Shown here: positions 27,301 through 39,300 of the stretch, in pieces
Numbering within the stretch: position 1 is the first letter of the stretch
How the letters are laid out: each line of letters begins with the position of its first letter
Assembly: GCA_965655095.1 (NCBI GenBank)
Contig: OZ296652.1
Coordinates: 61,070,001-61,134,000, forward strand
DNA length: 64,000 nt
Direction: 5' to 3'
DNA from: Haplodiscus bocki
Taxonomy: Eukaryota
Notes under the pieces: model-generated
Database searches by the model: none
The model's input: the letters and a program-made list of their open reading frames with translations, nothing else
Told to the model about the DNA's origin: nothing
Made by a program: the position numbers and the translations under genes

Positions 27301-30300
27301 CTCCATGTTTCCCAATTGAATATGTTCCTCCCGGTGAAAAAAAAGTAGAACTTGACTTTGACTGATGCAATCCAAACAGTAACTATGGCAAAATATTAGT
27401 TTGAACATCGCAGAAAAAGCACCGCTAGCAAAGTTTGGCCCATCAAGGTTTTAACTCCAGACCCATTATCGGTGATGGTTTAACTGAAGAGATTATACAG
27501 GTAGGACACTGATGCTTGGAACATTGGTGGATGTAATCCAGCCGCTACAACGGGCGAGAAACACTTTGAATGACGCCGAAAAGCGAAAATAATAGCAATC
27601 TTTGGCTTTCCGACCTTATAGGTTTCAAATGACAAATGGAAATCGGTGACAACTTGAGTAGAAATGCTCCAGCAAGTGTTAAACTCTCAATTGGGACCTT
27701 GATCAATGTAATCAAATGGGCGCCAGAGGCAAAAGGAGTTTGATTATCGAGGAAAATGCATACAAATGGCAAATTTTGGACTTTTTGGCCCACCAGGACT
27801 CCGATGGCAGACGCAAACACAGTGTTGGGTGCATTCATTTTGATTCAAAGAGATAAAAATTGGTTGGGACCTTGATGCATCTGATTCAGTTGGTAGTTTT
27901 GCCGGAAATCAAGTTTGAAAATCGCTGAAAATCAAAACTAATACAAATTGACAGTTCCAGCTAAGGAGGATTTTGATGCCAGAAGAAAAAATGATATTGG
28001 CTGAATTGGAATAGAAAACTGTCATTTGGGACCTTGATGGATGTTATCCAGCCGGTAGTTACAGTGAAAACTGAGTTTGAATATCGCGACAAAAATAATG
28101 TCATAATTTGGGATTTTCGGCCATCAGGCTTCAAATGCAAGAAGCAAGATGGGCCATAATTTCAATGAGAATGCCTCTAGAAGTAGAAGACAGGTGATTG
28201 GGACTTTGATGGATGTAATTCAGTCAGTAGTTATAGCAAAAATTTAGAAACAAAAATATCGGAGAAAACTGCAGCTAAAAGCGAATTTTGGCATTTTCGG
28301 CGTCAGGATGCCAATGGAAGAGATAAAGACAGCTTTGGGTTAATTTGAAAGACTTACGCAAGTAGAAAACTATTGATTAGGACCTTCATGGATGTAATCC
28401 AGCCAGTATTTGGGCCAAAAATGGGTGAGAATGTCGCCGAAAGTCAATCCTAATAGCAATTTTTGGCCCGAAGCAAGAAGAGCGGAGAAAAACTTACATA
28501 CTGAATTGGAGATATTCCTTTCATCATATATTGAGACGGAAAGAAAGTCAGACCAGTCAGTTTGGCTCAAACGATTCATAGGACGGAATTGATTTTGATG
28601 TAATCAGAAGCAACGTCGTATAATTCTGGAAAGAAAACGTCAGAAAGCATGGCTTATGCTAACATTTGCACCCACTACTTGTGGATTCGCTAGGTTTTAA
28701 AAGACGAGTATGGTAGAAACCGTTTGGACCGGTTCAAATTTTCTTTGACGGAAATTAGATTCTGTGTAGTTTCCGGTACAAAATGCAAAAAATATATAGC
28801 CTATACCTGGGTACGAAACCGCGACCTAAAGCTTCGGAACCCTTTTATCCTGCCACTGGCCCATATAAAGTTGAAAAACATAGTCTATACCCAGTTTCGA
28901 AACCGCGACCTGTGGATCCGGAATTCTTTTGTCTACCGACTTAATGCCTACAAAGACAAAGATTGAAAAAAATCGTTGCAATTTCGGAAAAATTGGACTG
29001 GGCAGCCACAAGAAAATGCATTGAACTACTTAACATCCAGGGAAAGCAAACGACTACGAAATGAACTGATAAGTCTGTGGTAGGTTAGACAAAATAAAGA
29101 GGTTCGCCTGTAAAGGTATAGTGGCCGAAAAGAGTCGCAAGCGAATGTTCTCAAAAATGGAGACAAAATTGAATCGAAAAGTTATAAGAAACAATCCTCA
29201 CCTACTCTTTGCACATATCAAAATTTTTGGATAAGAGATGCGTGATATCCAATGCATAAAACAATAATTCTTCGGAAACAAATTTGCGCTAACTTCGCGA
29301 ATACCACCTTAAAATGGTCGTAATGAAACGTTCATTCAACTCTCTTCCTTACACCAAAGACTTCAGCTCCTAATGACATTCAGAGAAACCCACAAAATAA
29401 TTGATTACAAGTTTTTGTTTGATTGAAAAACAAAAAAAAACCTGTAGTACGTTTTATGGAGAACAGTCGATTTTAATTTTTAACAATTTTATAATTTTAG
29501 CGTTTTTTTTTCGTTCCGGGCGGATAATCGAGTGGCGGTTAATGTGCTGAATTTTCAAACTCTACAACTTTACGATCTTGACATTCATCGTGGATAATCA
29601 AGTTCCGGCTAAGCGAGAGCAGCTTTACATTTTTGATGTTAATGGCAGATCATCGGGTGGCAGTTAATCGAGGGCTCAATCTTAATTTTTGAGCGTTTCA
29701 CTATCCGTCACAAATGTGAGAATTGTAGTTTACATGTACTGAATACTTCAACTGTATTTAAGCAAAGTTAGTACCATAACGTTGGCGACTGCACGCACTA
29801 ACAACCATCAGACACGCGCACACAGTTTACAATTTCATAACTTTACAATTAGCTCCATTTTAATTGACGTATCAAAAAAAGCTCAAGGCATGTTCCTATA
29901 AAATCGAATACCTTGGGCTTCGATATTAAAACATAGCCCAGCCGCGCAAGGCGGATAGGACACCGGAAATTTTTTTGGATAACGATAAGCCTCATAACTC
30001 TTATTCCTTTCCCCCCGAACTGGGATAAATGAATTCAAAGTTCCCGCCTGTACTCCCACACAGCTCTGCTGCATTTTGAATAAAAATTTCTAATTTTTTC
30101 AAATGTCACATGAAATTCCTTATCTCCGACGAAGTCGCAAATGTACGAAAAACGTCAAAAAAAATTGAGTAAAGCTATGATTACTTCGTACAATTAAAAT
30201 TTTTCGAAGTACTAAAAGCAATTTTTCAATGCCTTCAATTTATTTTGCAAGCTTGCCTCAAGGTTGGAAGTAAGGAATATTTAATAGAAAATCGAGTAAA

Positions 30301-33300
30301 ACGTCCCAATGAAATTCTTTCGAAGTCTGTTTAAAATCTGCATCCAGAAGTTCCAACTCTTTCAAAATTTTATTACATTAACTGCTTCCAGAGTGAGATA
30401 CATCAAAGGATGCATAAAACGGTAACCTTGAGTTTGTCTCTTGGGTAACATTGAGAAGCTCCTCAGTACTTTTATTTTTGTTGCCTTTGTCTATGTCATC
30501 GACAGATTCCACCGTTGCTTCCATTTTAACTTCAATCAACTTGTTCAATCCATCAACAGCTGAACTTGTCAAAGGTTCCGTCGCCGCAGCATCATTCTCT
30601 CTAACCAAGTCAACTCCTGTTGCATTTTGTATTCTACAACTTTCATTAGACGCACTGTGTTCGCAAGTATTGAGCTTAGCCTCCAAGTGGTCATCTAAAG
30701 AATTGAAGCGCTGTTTGTTTTTCACAAAGCTCGTTCCAACATTGATAGGATGCTCGTGTTCCGATGTATTCAACGATGTCTGACTGTTGGAGAAAAGTTT
30801 TCTGTTCACGCTGTGCATCTGGGGAATTCCATGCAGGGATCTTCTTTTGATTTGTGAAGCAGACAATGTTTTGTGCTCTAGCAAATCTAGGGCTTTAGCA
30901 CCTTCTTCAACTTCCTCTGTTTCTAAGTTGGCTTCATGGCCAGTTTCCACTTTTGAAACGGGCGACATTTCTATCAACTCAGAACTTGTATTAGCATCAG
31001 CTATATCCAAATCGCATGGGCGATCTCCACATGGCTCAGATGCATCACGTACTAGAAAACAAATCTTTCATTAGACCTTAAAACTTCCCGGAAAATTCAA
31101 TACATTTTTTCAGTACGGGAATGTAAATGTGAAAGGTATGTGTCAGCAATTTGAAACTGATTTAATGCAGAATGCCGAAATTATTCAAATAGTTCACAGC
31201 AAATTTCATGACTTTCAGCATTTCCAGACAAGCGACTACTCTGGTTGCTTCGTAGAACCTATTCGAGCAAGGCCTATGTGTTGCATAACTTGGCTAAATA
31301 GCAGCATAAAGAAAGAAAGAAAGAAAGAATTTATTTCTTTGATGGAGATAGTATACAAATAAATATGTTAGGAGAATAAATATAATATAAAATAAAAACC
31401 AACTCATCTCACATCAAAGGGGACCCTCCCAAGGTGTAGCACCTTTCACTTGAGGGCCCAGGTGAAAGTACTATATCCTAAAGACCTATCAGAATCTTGA
31501 CTGTTCGGCTGGTTAAAAAGTAGTTTCGTAGACAACGTTACTGAGTTGAAATTCCTCTACTAGCTTCTTGACATGTTTCGAGTCCACTTGCTGTTTGGAG
31601 CTACGACTTAGGCACGGCAGAGGCGCGTTTAAACCTAAGAGGTAGTTCAAAAGTTTACACCCACGGTACCGTAAAGAGTGTCTAATTTTAGAACTTCTAG
31701 CACATGGTAGCTCAAAGAGTCCCAAATTGGTACTCCTCGTACTCATCGACTGCGTATCTTTAACTGCGAATAAAGAATTTAAACAGGTTGTTGGACAGAG
31801 GTTACTAGTAGATTGTATGCAGAACTTGAGAAGTTCGATGGTGTACATGTCATATACATTCGATGTTCCGGTCACTTCAAATAAGTCACTAGTGTGCGAC
31901 ATTTTCGATTTGCAAAGAATTATTTTCAATACCTTTTTCTGCATATAAAAAACAGGCAGTAATTGAGTTTTTGAGGTGCACCCATACACGAGAAGACCGT
32001 ATGAAATTATAGGTTTCACATACACGTTGTAATATCGAATAAGGAAATTTCTCGATACCAATTGACGCAGTCTGAATAAAACATTCAGATGTTTTGATAT
32101 TTTTGTCACAACTTTATGTATATGATGTGAAAAATTTAGTTTGTGATCAATGTACACACCCAAATAATTGACTACATTCTGCCGATCTATTATATTACCA
32201 TCCAAGATCACATCATGATACGGTAATCCAATCTGTAATACCTGCGTTTTTTCGATATTCAAAGCTAGTCCATTTGTGTTCGTCCAATTTTTTACTTTTT
32301 CAAGTTCATCGTTGAGACCAAACAATTCATCTTTTTTGATCGAGTATAAACAATTGGCATCATCTGCAAAAAGAAAAGTTTCAAGAAGCGAAGATACACA
32401 TGGGAAGTCATTCATGAAAATAATGAATAGCAGTGGTCCCAAAATCGATCCCTGTGGAACGCCAGACATAACTAATTGAAAAGCGGAACGAGTCTTATTT
32501 ATTTGAACGCACTGATATCTATTATTTAAATATGATTCAAACCATGCAAGTGCAGTCCCACGGATGCCATAGATTTCTAATTTCATAAGTAATCGTTCAT
32601 GATTTACAGTGTCAAAAGCTTTCCGCAAATCCAATAGCACCGATGTATGTTGAAATTCACTCTCTCGAAGTCGCTCTGTTATTTCAATCAGGGCGTGGCA
32701 TGTTGAATGACCCGACCTGAATCCAAACTGCTTTGGATAGAGAAGTTTGAATTTATCAACAAAAGAGCAGACCCTGTTATGAACTGCTCTTTCTAAAACT
32801 TTACTTACTGTAGATAATAAAGAAATAGACCGGTAGTTGTCAGCACAAGTCTTCGGTCCCTTTTTGTGTAGAGGAATTACCCGAGAGATCTTTAAACAAT
32901 CGGGAAAAACTCCCATTTCCAGTGATTCATTACATAGCTGTAATAACATGAGACAAATTACAGGGAAACTACATTTTAAAATTTCGGAAGATATTCCATC
33001 TAGACCAGTTGCCTTGTGATCCCGAAGTTTAAAAATAATGTTTTCTAATTCAGGAAGAGTCATAGGATAGAAGAAAATTGAGTTTGCACTATTGCATACC
33101 TTTCTCAGGCAATGATCGTTGTGAAGAGGATCAATCGGGAGCCCAACTGTACCGGTGAACTTCTCATTAAAAGTGTTGGCTATTTCGAGTTCATCTGTAA
33201 TTTTTTCATTCGAACCATCATTCAAGAGTATCTGTGTATGTTGTTTGTGTCGACCACAAAGGGAATTTAACACTTTGTAGAACTTCTTTGGCGCGGCTAA

Positions 33301-36300
33301 AGTTTCGTTCAAATAACTTTCAAAATAGTGTTTTTTGGCTAACCTGATTATTTCTATTGTTTTATTGCGTTGCTTTCTATAGCATCTTTCGTCATGAAGG
33401 TTCCTAGTTTTGCAGAAACGTTTGTAGAGCTTCTGCTTTTTAGTTATGGTGTTTTTAATTTCGTTCGTTATCCATTTTCCGGAATTCTCACGTACCGTTT
33501 TAGTGCATGTATGCAGCATGACTGTGTTACTAAGTGTTTGTAAAAAATTGCCGAACTTATCGTCAAGATTCTGTTCATTATGAATCTCAGTAAACTCATT
33601 GTTAAGATCGTTGAGAAAGGAAACAAGTGCTTCACTATTTTTCAAAAAAGGCATAGACTGTATTTCCCTTTTGTTCGATTTTATCTCCATTGGTGTTTCA
33701 AAAAAAATGGCAGAGTGATCAGTGATTCCCAATTTCTTGACCCCTGCCTTTATCTTGCATTTGCTATTGTGTATAACATGGTCAATAAGCGTAGACGTAC
33801 TGCATGTAATCCTGGTAGGTTCATGAATTTCTTGAATAAAACCATGTTTTTCTAAGATACTGAGATAGTCAGAGACAGTAGAATTATAACAAAGTAGATC
33901 AATGTTCATATCACCCAAAATGAAGCAAGGACTGTCAAATGTACTAACTTTTTCGATCAGAATCTCAAAATCACGCAAAAAACAAGTTGTACTCACTGAC
34001 GGAGAATTATAAATGCATGCAACAAAAAACTGTACTCCTGGTTTCGAAACACATTTCACCAAGATAGCATTCAAGTTAGTTGCGATTTTCACTTCTTCGA
34101 ACCATATTGATTCATGAAGAAAAATAACTACACCATCGTTTCGTTTTTTGCCATGTTTTTGCAGTGGTGCACTAAACCCTGGTATAGTGTAGATTCTGGT
34201 ATCTGTGTTTTCTGTTAACCACGCTTCACTTAGGCAAATCACACTTGGTTTTTTCGAACCCAAAGTTTCCAAGTAAGTATGCAAAACATCAAAATTTTTT
34301 GAAATTGATCTGATATTCAGATGGAAGAAGCACTCGCCACCGTTCCTTTTTTCTTTTGATTTTAGAAAACTTCTGCATCTGAGGTCGATCCAGTCCTTTT
34401 TGGTGGCATCTCAACAATCAGTCTCTGAAACTATTTAATAAGTTTATCACAACAATTAGGCTTGTTAGCAATATAAAGGAAACTAACCATATGCATTTGA
34501 GCCAGTAGTCTGTTCTGGAGAAAATGGTAGCAGCTCTTTACTCTCTGCGTTTTCTTGCGCCTCTGTTCCGGACATGCCGTGTTTCTTTCTCCACAGAATG
34601 ATGAATTTGGCCGTACATCTGACCATGACCCAATGTATCCTCACTCGACTTCTCGTTTTTGTTGGTCCTTGCTCGTTGGACAAAGAAGCTGCATTTAGCA
34701 ACATGCTGTTCAGGTACATATAAGTTGCCGCATTTAACTTTACTCCATGTTGTTTCAGTGTCTGTTGCAACTGAAAAACGAAATCACTCCTTTCCGAGAA
34801 CTCTTTAGTTGAGCGTGGATAAAACGAACCAATTTGGGATGCTTTTTTGTTCGACATAAAAACGCAAACCAACAAAGCGATTTCAATCTGAACGTGTGTT
34901 TTTACGAATAAACTGATCTGAACAAACAAAAATAACTGACCTTTACCCATAGAACTTGTTTTATTTCGTCTAATTTGAAGAAATCAGTATTTGGAAGCAT
35001 GATGCTTTCACAAATATTTTTATTTGTGCCCCATATTTCATAGATGGAAGGCAAATCATTCATCAAATTTCAGGTTTTCTTTTTTACGTAAAATTTGCCA
35101 ATGCACATAAGCAAAGTTGAACGATTCTGGCCTTATTTTTACTACCAAAATGTAGCAAACCCGCTAGATTTCAACTAGAATAGTGATGCGTAAAAAAACA
35201 CGTTTTCCCGACCAAAAATTTGTTTTTTTTTCAAAAAACTTGAATTTATTCTCAATTGGAAAAGTTGGCAAAAATGCATTTAACCAAAACGTGCTTTTCA
35301 AAGCAAAATTTGGAGTTTTTTGGAAATAATGTTAACCTTCCCATCCATCCCCCATAAAAAACCACTTCTTTTAGATTTTTTGGCGTGTTTTAGGCAATTT
35401 GGGTGGCGGGAAATATCCCAGAGTCTAACGGTCGTCATGTTTAAGCTTCCTAGAAAATTATACGGCAACATAGGCTGAAAAACTAGCCGGTACACAATAT
35501 TTAAAAGCATGATTTAGGTCCGGTGCACCTTTGAATTCGAAGGTAATTAGCAGACCAATAAAATTGCTTATATACAAAATTGAAACGACATTGCTGACAA
35601 AACAAGTGTGAGAGAGCTTAATTTTTTCAGGCGACTTTCACGATAAAAGAATGAAATCAAAGAGACTCACGTTGTATATGTTTTTGATCATTCTGTATTT
35701 GTGGTAAGAGAATATGAGGACTCTGTAAATCACCTCTTCGGGCAGTACATTAGGCTGTTTCGACAGATTGCCAGCAGCTGCTGCTACAGTGGTCAGAAGG
35801 GAAGAATTCAAATCATCTTGTCTCTGTGCATTTGTAGGTTTCACAAACTTACCGAGCACACTGTTTAATATGCGCTCAGCAGCCTTCAGCTGCTCAGCTA
35901 CCTCGGTCTACAAAACAATAAGAGGTTTGAACAAGAAACAATAAGAGGTTTAAACAAGACGGCCGGTTAACACCGGCATATTTTTCACCCAACTACAAAT
36001 ATTTCGATCAACTTTTGCAAACAGTTAGTTAAAAACGAGCCTACTGTTTTGAATATAATTTTCAACGGTTTTCTACAAACATGAACTCCACCACTGATTT
36101 CTATATTTCAGCAAAGAAGGGGATATCACGATTTTCCTTGGAAAATTCTTTGTCACACAGTACCGAAAATTTTCGCAGAAGGGACCTTTTGGTGTTTGCG
36201 AGTAATTGCCTGTACTTGGCATAAACTGCACTTGCATGCTTCAAAAAAATTGCCTGGGAAAGCAATCAGGACAGAAATAGAAATTTCGTTGTGATCTTGA

Positions 36301-39300
36301 AAAGAATAACAATAATAGAAAAATTATAAAGCACCTACAAAAGTCAACTTTTTAATTCATAAAACACCGGCTTAAAACCGGCGCAATATAATAATTTTGA
36401 TAGGACAAGAAAAGAAACAATCCAAGGAAAATCAAAATCGTATTAATAAAGTAAAAAATATATAGGTAAATGCTGGAATTCGAACCCATACCTACCGCCT
36501 CAGAACCCTGTTTTCCTACCCACTGTGCCAGGGAACCATTGGAATTTCTGACAAAATTTATGGCACGACAGAGATTCGAATCCGGATCTACTGCGTGAGA
36601 AATGTTTGTCCTCGCCGCACTGCTGAGACCATTATTTGAAAAGAAAAATAGTTGGCAAAAATACGCTGATAAAAAAAATACGACCTCAGTTATTGGATAT
36701 TGAATAACTTTTCTCGCATATTTAAAATGCGGCGAAAAAAAATTATCAAAATTAATTAATGTTGAGATCAAACAGGCAACATTTACCAGCTTTAAATGAT
36801 AGTATACCTGTCAGCAAGGATCATCTTACAATATATCAGATTTTTGAATTGATTGTGCCGTAACCAATTCTTTCGGCTCTTATTATTTTTCAAAGTTAGT
36901 CATTTCTGGGATATCTAAAGCACAACTTAAACGAAAGCTGGAACAAGACGGCCGGCTACCTCCGGCATATTTTGCGCCTTTAAATTTTGTAGAAAAAAGC
37001 TTCTAAAAAGAGGAAAACAATTTTTTCTCGAAAAAGCACTTTTTCTTCATCGCATTTTCTAATTTTTCCAACGCTCAAAGTTTTGTTTTTTTTTTGCCAA
37101 AAAACCTCAAAACTAGGGCGGAAAAATTATGTTTAGGAAATAATACCATTTGATGCGCATTCTAAAGCCATTTTGCCAACTTTACCGAAATTTTAAAAAA
37201 TCAAGTTTTTTCGTAAAACCCATCTATTTTTTGAAAAAGAACACAATTTTGAACGTTTTGAGAAGTCTTACTATTTCAGTCTCGTCAATCTTGGCAATTT
37301 CGGCGATATTGGCTATCTTTGCATTTCTTGCATTCTTTGCACTCTTTAGATTCTTTGCATTCTTGGCAATCTTGACAATCTCGGTAACATCGGCAATTCT
37401 TTGCATTCTTGGCAAAAAAAATTCACGTGAGCCAGCATCGTTTTTGCGCGAGCTCAATTGGCAAACATCGGGTAAAAAACGCACCTATTTGAGAGGAAGA
37501 TTTTCCTTTCCATATTCTAAAGAATATGGCGCAAAATATTAAGGGTTTCATTTGGCGTCAAAAACATACGCATCAAGGACGCTAGGCGATAAGCGCTAAA
37601 AATTAAGATGAAAAAATTGGAATTAGCGGATTTATCACACCGTTTTTCGACAAAAAACTACGAATTTGGTGAATCCGGGAAAAATTCCCATTGCGTCGAA
37701 AACTCAAAACGTCAAAGATTTCGGAGCGTTATGAAATTTTCCAAGCTTTGAACACTTTGCATTTTTCGATGTCTTTTTGGGAATCAACAATTTTTTGACG
37801 CGATAAATGATCCCATTTTGAAGAAGTGGAAAATAGGATGCGAATTAAAATACAAACTTGACACCATTTGAATCAATCACTTGTACTTGAGTTATGTACT
37901 TGAAATTGTAAAGTGAATAGCGAAGAGTGGCGTCCGCTCTAGCTTGGAGAAGCGAAAGAACACATAAAAACCAATAAAAGTAAAAAGATTTGTGGTTGAC
38001 TATCGCTCAGTCAGGCCAGCGTTTCCAAAGACAGAAAAAAAGTAGAATCTAGAGGCATAAGCCAAGCTTAATTTAATGCTAATAAAAAGGAGTTTTATAC
38101 TTTTAGGATGGTCAGAATTCTAATGATTCATTGTACTTACTTCTCCCGATTTGAGAGACAAGTTTGCAGGCAGAAGCATGAACCACATGGTGTAGCAGTT
38201 CATCATCAGGTGCTTGACCCACAACTTAGACACACTACTAGATCCATCCACGTCACCTTCTGCATGATTTCCTGTAGAAGATGTCGCAATAATTCCTTTA
38301 TTCAACGCCTTTGACATCATCTCAAACAGAATCCTCGCGTTTCTTTGAGCTCCTTTGTTTTCCGCTGGCGTCCTCCACAAAAGTACTTTCCCAGTAATAG
38401 CGTGGCTGCTTCCACTTTTGTTGAAATCTCTGCCATGCACAGGTGTGGACATCACTGACGCGTTCGCAGAAGTATTCCCACTGCTACAGAAGTTTGATGG
38501 CCCAAACAACTTCATGTCAAGTTTCGGAAAGATTCCAGAATAATCGTAAGAAACCGAAGGATCGGTAGGTTCAGGAGGCGTTATAAACTGACAGTGTTCA
38601 ACAAGCAAACTTTTGTCGACCTCCAGTAATCTCGAATCTTCTTGCTCGTTTGCCATCTTCTCAATACATTCGTCGAAGAAAACGTTGTAATCGAGATTGG
38701 CAATCGTAGTGGTATTATTCTGATTACTTGAATGAGACCGCAGGTGTATGAAGTGAGCGAATGAATGAGTATTACAAAACTCTTGGTAGAACTGTTTGCT
38801 GGATTTCTGAGATCGGATAAATTCGTTCAAGTCGAACAAATCATCGAAATTTTGAAAAGCAGACTGCTTGGCAGAAGAATCATCAGATGTTGAATCTCTC
38901 AGGAAGTTCTGATAGCCTTTCATGACAATAGCCATAAACTTCAGGAAGGCTTCTTGGCAGCGCAGTTCCATGACGTAGATCTTTTTCCGCGAGGCATCGC
39001 TTTCTGTCGTGGCAGCTAATTCACCACCGCGATGTCCGTAAATTTCAGGTTTGCCATCAATCTCGCGATGACAGTCACCGAGAGTTTTCTTCAAACACTT
39101 ATAGGCTTTCTAAACACATAAGAAAATCTTTGTTTCTAGACTGCAAAAAAAACCTTCAACATTATTAATAGTCAACCAACCTGCATCCACACGAGCAATG
39201 ATCTTCATGTAATTCGTTTTTGATGTTTCCATAACGGAGAAATCAAAATGACAATCTTAAAGTTTTGAACATTGAATGGGATTTAAAACAACTGAAATCA

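Noticed and set aside
26850-28480. CRISPR-like regularly spaced motif
   Set aside because: Eukaryotic intron; units are degenerate along their whole length and no cas genes are present.
34411-34430. DENND4 exon 10 splicing into LINE ORF2 through TTTCAG
   Set aside because: The phase matches but an in-frame TGA (34413-34411) follows within five codons, so no fusion protein.
37150-37542. 130 aa and 86 aa repetitive ORFs on both strands
   Set aside because: By-products of a 9-bp minisatellite inside a repeat.
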